Positions 38,219 through 48,130 of a DNA stretch of 64,000 bases are shown here, piece after piece. The stretch comes from an uncultured Holophaga sp. (GTDB lineage Bacteria > Acidobacteriota > Holophagae > Holophagales > Holophagaceae). Both the position numbers and the translations under genes were made by a program. The notes beneath the pieces are model-generated. The model saw only the letters and a program-made list of their open reading frames with translations. It was not told the DNA's origin and ran no database searches. The DNA lies in contig OY761614.1 of the NCBI GenBank assembly GCA_963664825.1, positions 2,720,001-2,784,000 of the forward strand, in the 5' to 3' direction. Position 1 is the first letter of the stretch. Every line of letters begins with the position of its first letter.

Positions 38219-39751
38219 GTGACCGATCTGACTTTCGCAGCCCTAGGCTGCGCCGAACCCTTTGTGGAAGCCCTCGAGAAGCGCGGCTTCACCTCCCCCA
38301 CCCCCGTCCAGGCCGAGTGCTTCAAGCCGGGCCTCGAAGGCCGCGACCTTTTGGTGCAGAGCCGCACCGGCAGCGGCAAGACGCTGGCCTTCGGCCTGCC
38401 GATCATGCATCGCCTCACACCGGAACGCCATGCCCAGGTGATCATCCTGGCGCCCACCCGGGAATTGGCCCAGCAGGTGGCCACGGAACTGGAGAGCGTC
38501 CGGCCCCATCTGTCCACGGCCCTGCTGGTGGGCGGCCTCAGTTACGTGCCCCAGCTCAAGGCCCTGCACTTCGGCGCCCAGGTCATCGTGGGCACGCCGG
38601 GCCGGGTGATGGATCACCTGGACCGCAAGTCCCTGGATCTCTCCAAGGTCTCCATGGTGGTGCTCGACGAATGCGACGAGATGCTCAATATGGGCTTCCT
38701 GGAAGACGTGGAGAAGATCCTCTCCCAGGCCACCGGTGACCGCCAGACCTACCTCTTCAGCGCTACCCTGCCTGGTCCCATCGCCACCCTGGCCCAGCGC
38801 TTCCTGAAGAATCCCCACAGGGTCGAACTGAGCGGTTCCCACGGCAGCACCCAGCACGCCGATATCGCCCACACGGCATCTCTGGTGGCCGATCATCTCC
38901 AGACCAAGGCCCTCGTGAACTTCCTGCTCACGGATGAACCCAGCGGCGCCCTCATCTTCACCAAGCGCAAGCAGCAGGCCGAAGATGTCGCCGATGTGCT
39001 GCGGGCTGCCGGACTCTCGGCTGAGCATCTCCACGGGGACCTGGCCCAGGCCACCCGCAACCGCATCCTCACGAGCTTCAAAGAAGGCAAGCTGCGCTAC
39101 CTGGTGGCCACCGATGTGGCCGCCCGGGGTCTCGATGTGGAGGCTCTGCCCCTGGTCATCCACATGGGCATCCCCACCCAGATGGAGAGCTACATCCACC
39201 GCTCCGGGCGCACCGGACGCGCCGGGCTCAAGGGCACTTCCCTGGCCCTGGTGGACTTCAAGGAATCCCGCATCCTGCTGGCCTGGGGACGCCGCGGCGG
39301 CCTGAAATTGGACTGGCGCCCCGTGCCCACCCAGGAGGAGATCCGCCTGGGACGCATCCAGAACCTCCACGCCGAACTCACGGCCCTGGAGGCTCCGGCC
39401 TTCCTGGAACAGGCCAAGACCCTGCTGGCCGGTCGCGGCGCCGAGGAATTGGTCGCGGCCCTGCTCTCCCTGGTGCAGAAGGAGAGCCACGGGGGATTCT
39501 TCATCCCCGAGCCCCCCAAGGTCGCCTACAAGACCGAAAAACCGGCCCGGCCTCGCTTCTCGGAGCATTCCTTCACGCCCCGCAACGATGCCCCCCGGGA
39601 CGAGCGTCCCCGCAAGCCCTACCAGGATCGCCCCTCGGCCCCCCGCAAGGCCGATGACAAGGCTTTCGGTCCTCGCAAGCCCTTTAACAAGACCGCCAAG
39701 CCCGCCTTCCCCAAGCCGAGCGGCGAACCCTTCAAAAAGCGGAAAGTCTGA
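38219..39751 (+). CDS. DEAD-box RNA helicase (DECD variant)
   Basis: GFTSPTPVQ, SRTGSGKT, PTRELA, TPGR, DECD, SAT, HRSGRTGRAG. Confidence 0.95.
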   Translation: MTDLTFAALGCAEPFVEALEKRGFTSPTPVQAECFKPGLEGRDLLVQSRTGSGKTLAFGLPIMHRLTPERHAQVIILAPTRELAQQVATELESVRPHLSTALLVGGLSYVPQLKALHFGAQVIVGTPGRVMDHLDRKSLDLSKVSMVVLDECDEMLNMGFLEDVEKILSQATGDRQTYLFSATLPGPIATLAQRFLKNPHRVELSGSHGSTQHADIAHTASLVADHLQTKALVNFLLTDEPSGALIFTKRKQQAEDVADVLRAAGLSAEHLHGDLAQATRNRILTSFKEGKLRYLVATDVAARGLDVEALPLVIHMGIPTQMESYIHRSGRTGRAGLKGTSLALVDFKESRILLAWGRRGGLKLDWRPVPTQEEIRLGRIQNLHAELTALEAPAFLEQAKTLLAGRGAEELVAALLSLVQKESHGGFFIPEPPKVAYKTEKPARPRFSEHSFTPRNDAPRDERPRKPYQDRPSAPRKADDKAFGPRKPFNKTAKPAFPKPSGEPFKKRKV

Positions 39752-39757
39752 TGCTCT

Positions 39758-39795
39758 GGGGCAGGGGGGCCTTCGCTCCCCCGCCCTTGGGTTTT
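39758..39795 (+). terminator. Probable terminator after helicase
   Basis: GGGCAGGGGGG-CCTTCG-CTCCCCCGCCC followed by TTGGGTTTT. Confidence 0.55.
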
Positions 39796-39804
39796 GAGAG
39801 AAAC

Positions 39805-39832
39805 TTGTCATCTTCCCCGAATTTGGTAAGCT
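39805..39832 (+). promoter_or_regulatory. Putative sigma70 promoter of the xdh/Se operon
   Basis: TTGTCA, 16 bp spacer, TAAGCT with an extended -10 TG. Confidence 0.5.
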
Positions 39833-39991
39833 TTCATCCGTAGCAATGGATCCATGAGGCCCCTTGGCCATGGTTCCTTGTACCCTGGCTGATACGTTCC
39901 CTCCCGCCGCCCTTGTCTGGGATGCAGGGCGGAAGGCCCCGTCTCAGCTAGGTGCGAGTCGAATGCGCTGGATCCGTTTGGAGTGACTCCG

Positions 39992-41398
39992 ATGCCAAAG
40001 CTGCTCGTCAATAACAGGGAAGTCGAAACCGACCTCCCCCTGGGCAGTTCGCTGGTGGACTTCCTGCGCAACGAGATGCATCTCTACGGCACCAAGATCG
40101 GGTGCCGGGAGGGGGATTGCGGCGCCTGCACGGTGCTGGTGGGCAGCCTCGTGGAGGGCGCCATGGGCTACCGGGCGATGGCCTCCTGCCTGACGCCCCT
40201 GGGCAATGTCGTGGGGAAGCACCTGGTGACCATCGAAGGCATCAACCAGCCGGAGCTCACCGTCATCCAGGAAGCCTTCGTGGAGGCGAATGGCACTCAG
40301 TGCGGGTTCTGCACGCCGGGCTTCATCCTGTCCGTCTATGGCTTCTGCCTTAGCGACAAGGCCTTCACCCTGGAGAACGTCCTGGATTCCGTGGCTGGGA
40401 ACGTCTGCCGCTGCACTGGCTACGCCTCCATCAAGCGCGCCCTTCAAGTCATCGTGGACAAGCTCCAGCCCATGGATCGCAAGAACCCCGTGCAGTGGTT
40501 GGTGGAGAACCGCTTCCTCCCCGAATACTTCCTCGGGATTCCGGAACGCATGAAGGTCATCGCTCTTTCCGAAGAGCCCTCGATGGAGGCTCCAGGCTAC
40601 GTCATCGCCGGGGGCACGGATCTCCTCATCCAGGATTTCCAAGGAGCCCAGGACGCAGGTCAGGTGCGGCTCCTTTCCCGCAGGCCGGAGTACCGGCAGA
40701 TCCAGATCCAGGGCGGGTGGTGCGAGCTCGGCGCCGCCTGCACCATCTCCCAGGTCTTGGAATCCCGGGAACTCAATGAGGCCCTCCCGGGGCTGGGAGA
40801 GTACCTGAACCTCATGGCCTCCCACCCCATCCGCAATATGGGCACCATCGGGGGCAATATCGCCAATGCCTCTCCCCTCGGGGATATGTGCGTGATCCTC
40901 ATGGGCCTGGGCTCCACGCTCACCCTCTCCCTCCGGGGGCGGATCCGGGAGCTGCCCCTCCGGAAATTCTTCGCCGGATACAAGCAGACGGTCCTGGAAC
41001 CCGGGGAGATCATCACCCATATCGGTTTCGAAATGCCCGATGGGAATACCCGCTTCAGCTTCGAGAAATCGAGCAAGCGCAAGCATCTGGATATGGCCAC
41101 GGTGAATTCAGCCCTGCGGATCACCTTCGAGGGAGAGCTCGTCCGGAAGGCGATCCTGGCCGTGGGTTGCATGGGGCCCACCGTCCTTCCCCTGAAGGAG
41201 ACCTCGGCCTTCCTCCTGGGCCGGAGACTCGATAACGCCACCTTCAAGGAAGCCAACCGCATCGCTCAGACCGAGGTCTCGCCTGTCAGCCGCCACCCGG
41301 GGGATGGGGACTACAAGCGCGCCCTCCTGAGGCAACAGATCCTGATCCACTTCATGAAATTCTCCCCCCATACCCTCACCCGGGAGGCCCTGGCATGA
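39992..41398 (+). CDS. xdhA: Xanthine dehydrogenase small subunit (2x[2Fe-2S] + FAD)
   Basis: GCREGDCGAC, QCGFCTPG, GNVCRCTGY, AGGTDL, IRNMGTIGGNIANASP. Confidence 0.92.
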   Translation: MPKLLVNNREVETDLPLGSSLVDFLRNEMHLYGTKIGCREGDCGACTVLVGSLVEGAMGYRAMASCLTPLGNVVGKHLVTIEGINQPELTVIQEAFVEANGTQCGFCTPGFILSVYGFCLSDKAFTLENVLDSVAGNVCRCTGYASIKRALQVIVDKLQPMDRKNPVQWLVENRFLPEYFLGIPERMKVIALSEEPSMEAPGYVIAGGTDLLIQDFQGAQDAGQVRLLSRRPEYRQIQIQGGWCELGAACTISQVLESRELNEALPGLGEYLNLMASHPIRNMGTIGGNIANASPLGDMCVILMGLGSTLTLSLRGRIRELPLRKFFAGYKQTVLEPGEIITHIGFEMPDGNTRFSFEKSSKRKHLDMATVNSALRITFEGELVRKAILAVGCMGPTVLPLKETSAFLLGRRLDNATFKEANRIAQTEVSPVSRHPGDGDYKRALLRQQILIHFMKFSPHTLTREALA

Positions 41399-43668
41399 AG
41401 AATATCGATTCATCCATCCATGTGCGGGGCGAATCCACCTACATCAACGATCTCCCGGTCCTGGAGAGGACCCTCTACGCCGCCGTCTTCGGTTCCCCCG
41501 TGGCCCACGGGAAGATCCGGAACCTGGACCTCTCGGAGGCCCTCGGCTGCGAAGGGGTGGAAGCCATCCTCACGGCCCAGGACATTCCCGGCGAGAACCA
41601 GATCGGCAATATCCTCCCCGACGAAGAATTGATGGCCGATGGGGAAGTCCATTTCCGGGGCATGCCCGTCGCCCTGGTGCTGGCCCGCACCGAGGATCTG
41701 GCCCTCCGGGCCCGGAAGAAGATCCGGGTCGAGATCGAGGAGTTGCCCCCCCTGGTGACGGCCCGCCAGGCCTTTGAGGCCAAGAGCTTCATCCTCCCCT
41801 CCCGCACCTTCCACCTGGGGGACACCGAAAACGCCTGGCAGGACTGCGCCCATATCATTGAAGGCCAGGCGGAGATGGGGGGCCAGGAGCACGTCTACCT
41901 GGAAACCCAGGCCTCGTACGCCTACCCCGCCGAGAACGGGGGCATGAAGGTCCATTCCTCCACCCAAGCCACCAAGGCCGTCCAGCGCGGCATCTCCCGG
42001 GTCCTGGGCCTGCCCATGCACCGGATCGAAGTCGACACCATTCGCCTGGGGGGCGGCTTCGGCGGCAAGGAGGATCAGGCCACCTCCTTCGCCTGTCTGG
42101 CCGCCATGGGCGCTCAAATCCTCAAGAGGCCCGTGAAGCTCGTCCTGTCCAGGGCCGACGATATCGTCATGACGGGCAAACGCCATCCCTATTCCTTCGA
42201 TTTCAAGATCGGCCTGGACCGGGAACTCCGGATCCTCGCCTACGATCTGACCGCCTACCAGGACGCGGGGGCCTCGGCGGACATGTCCCCGGGGGTCATG
42301 GAGCGAACCCTCCTCCACGGGACCAGCTGCTACGGCATCCCCAATGCCCGCATCACCTGCCATAGCTGCCGCACTCACCTGCCCCCCAATACGGCCTTTC
42401 GGGGCTTCGGCGCCCCCCAGGCCATGTTCGCCATGGAGGCCGCCATCATGGCGGCGGCTTCCAAGCTGGGCGTGGAGCCCTTGGAGATCCAACGGCGGAA
42501 CCTGCTCCGGGAAGGGGATCCATTCCCCTATGGCCAGAAGACCGAGCGCTGCAATGCCATCCCGTGCTGGGAGAGTGCGACGAGTCTCTTTGAGGTCGAT
42601 AGGCTCCGGGAGGAGGTGGCCGCCTTCAATGGGGAGCAGGCCTTCTTCAAGAAGGGGCTCTCCATGTTCCCCCTCTGCTTCGGCATCTCCTTCACCACCA
42701 TCAGCCTCAACCAGGGCCGCTCCCTGGTGCATGTCTACACCGATGGTTCGGTGAGCGTGACCACCGGCGTCATCGAGATGGGCCAGGGGGTCAACACCAA
42801 GCTCGTCCAGGCCGCCGCTCAGACCTTCTCCATCGCCCCCGAACGCATCACCATCCACAGCACCAACACCACCCGCATCGCCAACGCCTCTCCCACCGCC
42901 GCCAGCACCGGGGCGGACCTGAATGGCAACGCCACCATCCTGGCCTGCCGGGCCATCCTGGAGCGCATGAAGATCGGCGCCTCCAGGACCCTTGGCATCG
43001 AGGACCCGCAGCGGATCACCCTGAAGGACGAGGTCGTCCACCTGGATGGCCAACCCACGGAGTTGGGCTGGGAGCGCCTGGTGGCTCTCGTGCAGGACAT
43101 GCGCCTGGGCCTTTCCGAACACGCCCACTACGCCACGCCGGAGATCTACTTCGACAAGACCAAGGAGAAGGGGCACCCCTTCGCTTACCACGTCTACGGC
43201 ACGGCCGTGACTGTGGCCACCGTGGACTGCCTGCGGGGCACCTACGAGATCGATCTCGTGAAGATCGTGCACGATTTCGGGACCAGCATGAACCTGGATA
43301 TCGATATTGGTCAGGTCGAAGGGGGGCTCCTCCAGGGCATCGGCCTGATGACCATCGAGGAACTGCTCTACAATCCAAGCGGCAGGAATATCTACGCCTC
43401 CCTCTCGGGCTACAAGGTGCCGGATATCCACTTCACACCCAAGACCCTCGAGGTGAGGCCCCTGAAGACGGTGCCCGATCCGCTGGCTCTGCTGGGCTCC
43501 AAGGCCGTGGGGGAGCCGCCCCTGAGCTACGGCATCGGCGCCTACTTCGCCATTCTCAACGCCATGAGGGCCTATAACCCGGGTCTCAAACTGGAATTAT
43601 CCGCCCCCCTGACGCCCCAGAAGTGTCTGATGTCCCTCTACGATGACTACGGGGATTTGATGCGGTAG
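41395..43668 (+). CDS. xdhB: Xanthine dehydrogenase molybdopterin-binding subunit
   Basis: QEHVYLETQ, GGGFGGKE, MTGKRH, TAFRGFG, SKAVGEPP; ATGA-coupled to xdhA. Confidence 0.92.
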   Translation: MKNIDSSIHVRGESTYINDLPVLERTLYAAVFGSPVAHGKIRNLDLSEALGCEGVEAILTAQDIPGENQIGNILPDEELMADGEVHFRGMPVALVLARTEDLALRARKKIRVEIEELPPLVTARQAFEAKSFILPSRTFHLGDTENAWQDCAHIIEGQAEMGGQEHVYLETQASYAYPAENGGMKVHSSTQATKAVQRGISRVLGLPMHRIEVDTIRLGGGFGGKEDQATSFACLAAMGAQILKRPVKLVLSRADDIVMTGKRHPYSFDFKIGLDRELRILAYDLTAYQDAGASADMSPGVMERTLLHGTSCYGIPNARITCHSCRTHLPPNTAFRGFGAPQAMFAMEAAIMAAASKLGVEPLEIQRRNLLREGDPFPYGQKTERCNAIPCWESATSLFEVDRLREEVAAFNGEQAFFKKGLSMFPLCFGISFTTISLNQGRSLVHVYTDGSVSVTTGVIEMGQGVNTKLVQAAAQTFSIAPERITIHSTNTTRIANASPTAASTGADLNGNATILACRAILERMKIGASRTLGIEDPQRITLKDEVVHLDGQPTELGWERLVALVQDMRLGLSEHAHYATPEIYFDKTKEKGHPFAYHVYGTAVTVATVDCLRGTYEIDLVKIVHDFGTSMNLDIDIGQVEGGLLQGIGLMTIEELLYNPSGRNIYASLSGYKVPDIHFTPKTLEVRPLKTVPDPLALLGSKAVGEPPLSYGIGAYFAILNAMRAYNPGLKLELSAPLTPQKCLMSLYDDYGDLMR

Positions 43669-43714
43669 ACGTGGTTTCCTTCGGGTGTCACACACGGAAA
43701 AGGGCGCAACAACC

Positions 43715-46276
43715 ATGTTTTCTCTATCGATCAACGGCGAGGACCATCGCACCGATCAGACCGTCAATCTGTTGGCCTTCCTCAGGGATGAGCTCCGATT
43801 GACCTCGGTGAAGGATGGCTGTTCCGAGGGGGCCTGCGGCGCCTGCATGGTCCTGGTGGACGGCAAGGCCAGCCGGGCCTGCCTGTTCACCACCGCCAAG
43901 CTGGATGGCCGCAAGGTGATCACCGTCGAAGGACTCTCCCCCAGGGAGCAGGAGATCTACGCCCGCGCCTTTGCCGATGCGGGCGCCGTCCAGTGCGGCT
44001 TCTGCATCCCCGGCATGGTCATCAGCGCCAAGGGACTGCTGGACGCCAACCCCGATCCCACCCCGGCGGAGGTGAAGAGGGCCATCCATGGCAACATCTG
44101 CCGCTGCACAGGCTACCTGAAGATCGAAGAGGCCATCCTCCGGGCCGCGCGGCTCCTCCGGGGGGAGGAAACGCTTCCGGAATTGGTTCCAGGGGCCTGC
44201 GGGATCGGGGACCGGATGCCCCGGCCGGATGCCCGGGGCAAGGTCCTGGGCACCAGCGATTACGTAGGCGATATGGCCGTGCCCGGCATGCTCCACGGGG
44301 CCGCGCTCCGGGCCCCCAAGCCCCGGGTGCGGGTCAAGTCCATCGATATTTCGGAAGCCCAGGCCATGCCCGGCGTCGTGCTGGTGATCACGGCCCAGGA
44401 CGTGCCCGGCGAGCGCTTCCAGGGCCACATCGTGCCCGATTGGCCCGCCATGATCGCCGTGGGAGAAGAGACCCGCTACGTGGGGGACGCCCTGGCGCTC
44501 GTGGCCGCGGAAACGGTCCAGCAGGCCCGGGCCGCCGCGGCCAGGATCCAGGTGGAATATGAAGAACTGCCGCCCCTGATCACGCCCGAGGCGGCCCTTC
44601 GGGAGGATGCGCCCAGGCTGCACCCCAAGGGCAATGTGCTGGCCCGCACCGAGCTCTCCCGGGGGGATGTGGAGACCACCATCGCCGCTTCGGCCCACGT
44701 GTCCCACCACGTCTTCCGCACGCCCCCTACGGAACACGCCTTCCTGGAGCCGGAGAGCGCCCTGGCCGTGCCCGAGGCGGATGGCAGCCTGACGGTCTAC
44801 ACGGGCACGCAAAGCATCTACGACGACTACCACGGCATCCTGGGGGTGCTGGGCCTGCCCAGTGACCGGGTCAAGGTGGTCAGCGGCCTGGTGGGCGGCG
44901 GCTTCGGCGGCAAGGAGGACCTCACCGTCCAGCACCATGCGGCCCTGCTGGCCTGGATCTCCCAACGGCCCGTGAAGCAGACCCTGGCCCGCCAGGAGAG
45001 CATCCGGGTCCACCCCAAGCGCCATGCCATGGAGATGGACTTCACGGTGGCCTGCGATGCCGAGGGCCATCTCACGGCCATGAAGGCCAGCCTCCTGGCC
45101 GATACCGGCGCCTATGCCTCCCTGGGGGGGCCTGTGCTGCAGCGGGCCTGCACCCACGCTGCCGGGCCCTACAAGATCGCCAATGTTTCCATTCTGGGCC
45201 GGGCCATCTACACCAATAATCCCCCCGCCGGGGCCTTCCGGGGCTTCGGCGTGACCCAATCCTGCTTCGCCATGGAATGCTGCCTCAACGACCTGGCCAC
45301 TCAAGTTGGCCTCAGTCCCTGGGAATTCAGGTTCCGCAACGCGGTGGAAGCCGGGGATGTGCTGCCCAATGGTCAGATCGCCGACGGGGATACCGCCCTC
45401 AAGGAGACCCTCCTGGCCGTGAAGGAGGCCTTCGAGAGCCGACCCGACGCGGGCATCGCCTGCTGCATGAAGAATTCCGGCATCGGCGTGGGCCTTTCCG
45501 ACGTGGGGCGCGTGAGGATCCGGGTGGAGAAGGGCAGGGTGGGGATCTACACCAGCGCCGCCTGCATCGGCCAGGGACTGGCTTCGGTGCTCGTCCAGTT
45601 CGTGGGGGAGACCACGGGCCTATCCTGGGATCTCATCGACGTGGCCACGCCCGACACCTCCACCACCCCCGACGGGGGCACCACCACCGCCTCCCGGCAG
45701 ACGGTGTTCAACGGGGAGGCCGCGCGTCTCGCGGCCCAGGACCTGAAGAAGGACCTGGACGCCTTGCCCCTGGAGGCCCTGGAAGGCCGGGAATACTACC
45801 GGGAATATTCCGGCGTGACCGATCCCTTCGGTTCCACTAAGGCCCATCCCGTGAGCCATGTGGCCTATGGCTATGCCACCCAGGTGGTGCTCCTGGATGA
45901 GTCTGGCAAGGTGGAAAAGGTCATCGCCGCCCATGATGTGGGCCGGGTGGTGAACCCCACCAATGTGGAGGCCCAGATCGAGGGGGGTGTGGTCATGGGC
46001 CTGGGCTACGCCCTCACCGAGGATTACCCCCTGAAGGATGGGGAGCCCACGGCCAAGTTCGGCACCCTGGGTCTCTTCCGTGCCGCCCAGGTGCCCGAGA
46101 TCCTGAGCCTCCTGGTGAACTCCAAGCCCAGCGACCTGGCCTTCGGCGCCAAGGGGGTGGGGGAGATCGTCACCATCCCCACGGCCCCGGCGGTGGCGGG
46201 GGCCTATTTTCGCAGGGATGGTCTTTTCCGCACCCAGCTGCCCCTGGAGGGCACGCCCTACAGCCGCAAGAAGTAA
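43715..46276 (+). CDS. xdh: Selenium-dependent xanthine dehydrogenase (FeS + Mo fused subunit)
   Basis: SVKDGCSEGACGAC, QCGFCIPG, GGGFGGKEDLTVQHHA, AFRGFGVTQ, HVAYGYATQ, AKGVGE; adjacent to yqeB/yqeC/selD. Confidence 0.88.
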   Translation: MFSLSINGEDHRTDQTVNLLAFLRDELRLTSVKDGCSEGACGACMVLVDGKASRACLFTTAKLDGRKVITVEGLSPREQEIYARAFADAGAVQCGFCIPGMVISAKGLLDANPDPTPAEVKRAIHGNICRCTGYLKIEEAILRAARLLRGEETLPELVPGACGIGDRMPRPDARGKVLGTSDYVGDMAVPGMLHGAALRAPKPRVRVKSIDISEAQAMPGVVLVITAQDVPGERFQGHIVPDWPAMIAVGEETRYVGDALALVAAETVQQARAAAARIQVEYEELPPLITPEAALREDAPRLHPKGNVLARTELSRGDVETTIAASAHVSHHVFRTPPTEHAFLEPESALAVPEADGSLTVYTGTQSIYDDYHGILGVLGLPSDRVKVVSGLVGGGFGGKEDLTVQHHAALLAWISQRPVKQTLARQESIRVHPKRHAMEMDFTVACDAEGHLTAMKASLLADTGAYASLGGPVLQRACTHAAGPYKIANVSILGRAIYTNNPPAGAFRGFGVTQSCFAMECCLNDLATQVGLSPWEFRFRNAVEAGDVLPNGQIADGDTALKETLLAVKEAFESRPDAGIACCMKNSGIGVGLSDVGRVRIRVEKGRVGIYTSAACIGQGLASVLVQFVGETTGLSWDLIDVATPDTSTTPDGGTTTASRQTVFNGEAARLAAQDLKKDLDALPLEALEGREYYREYSGVTDPFGSTKAHPVSHVAYGYATQVVLLDESGKVEKVIAAHDVGRVVNPTNVEAQIEGGVVMGLGYALTEDYPLKDGEPTAKFGTLGLFRAAQVPEILSLLVNSKPSDLAFGAKGVGEIVTIPTAPAVAGAYFRRDGLFRTQLPLEGTPYSRKK

Positions 46277-46302
46277 TCCCAGGGATCTGAATGGGAGGGC
46301 AT

Positions 46303-47346
46303 ATGGAACTCAATCTGTTCAAGGCCATCGCCGAGGGCGCGGAGCCCATGGCGCTCGCGACGCTCCTGGCTGTGAAGGGCTCCTCCCCCCGTCATGCCGG
46401 TGCCAAGATGCTCCTGGGGGCGCGCAGCGGCCGCCTGGGCACCGTGGGGGGCGGCCAGGGGGAGGCCCGGGCCCTGGAGGCCTGCCGGAGCTGCTTGGAG
46501 GGCGGCCTCCCGACCCTGCTCCGGGTGGAGATGACGGGGACCGATGTGAATGCTCCGGCCATGGTCTGCGGCGGCACAAGCACCATGCTCGTGGAATCCT
46601 TGGAGGACAGGACCCCCTATCGGGCAGCGCTGGAGCGGCTCTCCAGGGGCGAGCGCGTGCTCTTCGTCAAACGCATCCTGGACGGTGCCCCTGTGGAGAC
46701 GGCCCTCTTCGATCAGGACGGGAAGGCGCTCCATGGCCAGGCCAGGGCCACCGAGGCCCAGGGGATCGCCCGGGCCCTGGGCGCGGGCCAGCCCCGCTTC
46801 GAGGAGGATCCCGGGGTCTTCTTCGATCCCCTGTGCCCGGAAGAAAAGCTGCTGATCCTGGGCGCCGGTCATGTGGGCAAGGCCATGGCGGCCTTGGCCC
46901 CGGCCCTGGGTTTCCGGGTCACGGTGGTGGATGATCGCCCGGAATTCCTCGCCCCCTCGAACTTTCCGGCAGGGGTCCAGACCCTCCAGGCCGGTTTCGA
47001 GGAGGCCATCGGGGCATTCCCCTTCGATGGGGCGACCTACGCCGTGGTGGTCTCCCGGGGGCATTTGCAGGACCTGGAGTGCGTGCGGGCCCTGCTGAAG
47101 CGGAAGTACCGCTACGCGGGCTTCATCGGCAGCGCCCGCAAGACGCGCTTCATCTTCGACCAGGTGCTCCAGGACGGGCATGATCCCGCCCAGGTGGAGG
47201 CCCTCTGGGCTCCCATTGGCCTCGATATCGCCGCGGAGACCCCTGCGGAACTGGCCATCGCCATCCTGGGGGAGCTGATCGCCGTCCGGAGGAATGCCGG
47301 GATCCTGCCCGAATTGAAGCGCGCCCTTTCGGCCCGCAGGGCCTAG
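46303..47346 (+). CDS. xdhC: XdhC/CoxI molybdenum cofactor insertion chaperone
   Basis: GSSPRHAGAKM, GTVGGG, MVCGG, GAGHV, IGSARK, APIGLDI. Confidence 0.92.
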   Translation: MELNLFKAIAEGAEPMALATLLAVKGSSPRHAGAKMLLGARSGRLGTVGGGQGEARALEACRSCLEGGLPTLLRVEMTGTDVNAPAMVCGGTSTMLVESLEDRTPYRAALERLSRGERVLFVKRILDGAPVETALFDQDGKALHGQARATEAQGIARALGAGQPRFEEDPGVFFDPLCPEEKLLILGAGHVGKAMAALAPALGFRVTVVDDRPEFLAPSNFPAGVQTLQAGFEEAIGAFPFDGATYAVVVSRGHLQDLECVRALLKRKYRYAGFIGSARKTRFIFDQVLQDGHDPAQVEALWAPIGLDIAAETPAELAIAILGELIAVRRNAGILPELKRALSARRA

Positions 47347-47350
47347 CCTC

Positions 47351-48130
47351 GTGAAGCTCCTGGAGGCTCTTCTGCCCTTCCTTCCCCCGACAGGTGGCGT
47401 GATCGCCCTGGTGGGGGCCGGGGGCAAGACCCGCGCCCTGTTTGCTCTCGCCGAGGAGCTTTCGGAGAGGGGCGCCGATGTGCTCCTGACCACCACCACC
47501 CATATCTTCGATCCCCGGCTGGAGGAGGGCAGGGGCTTCGATCGGGTGCTGATCGATCCGGCCTATGCCCAACCCGGAAAGGCCTCGGCATCCGATCCAT
47601 GGGAGGGCATCCCAACTCTTCCCGGCCGGGGACGCCGCCTCGTCCTGGCCTCCAGCGAGGAACCCGGTGGCAAGCTGAAGGGCCTCCATCCCACCCGCGT
47701 CGCCGGACTCGCCCGGGGTGGGGCCTTCGTGCTGGTGGAAGCCGATGGGGCCAAGGGGCGCCCCCTCAAGGCCCCGGCCGAATGGGAACCGGTCCTGCCG
47801 TCGGAGACTTGCCTGGTACTGGGCCTGGTGGGGCTGGATTGCCTGGGACGCCCCATGGACGAGGCCACCGTCCATCGCCCCCAATGCTTCGAGGCCCTCA
47901 CCCACTGCCCCCCGGGAGCGCCGATCCGCTGGGAGCACATCGAAGCCCTGGCCCTTTCGCCCCAGGGCCTCTTCAAGGGGGCGCCCCCGGGGGGCCGCCG
48001 GGTGCTCCTGCTCAACAAGGCCGACCTGGGCCCTGGGGAGCCGGTGGCTCTGTCCGCCGCCTGCGCCGACAGGATCCTGGTCTGCTGCCTTCGGGATCCG
48101 AATCCGGCAGCGCGAGTCCTGCCCCTATGA
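47351..48130 (+). CDS. yqeC: Selenium cofactor biosynthesis protein YqeC
   Basis: VGAGGKT, LTTTTH, LVEADGAKGRPLKAPA..EP, LLNKAD. Confidence 0.9.
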   Translation: MKLLEALLPFLPPTGGVIALVGAGGKTRALFALAEELSERGADVLLTTTTHIFDPRLEEGRGFDRVLIDPAYAQPGKASASDPWEGIPTLPGRGRRLVLASSEEPGGKLKGLHPTRVAGLARGGAFVLVEADGAKGRPLKAPAEWEPVLPSETCLVLGLVGLDCLGRPMDEATVHRPQCFEALTHCPPGAPIRWEHIEALALSPQGLFKGAPPGGRRVLLLNKADLGPGEPVALSAACADRILVCCLRDPNPAARVLPL

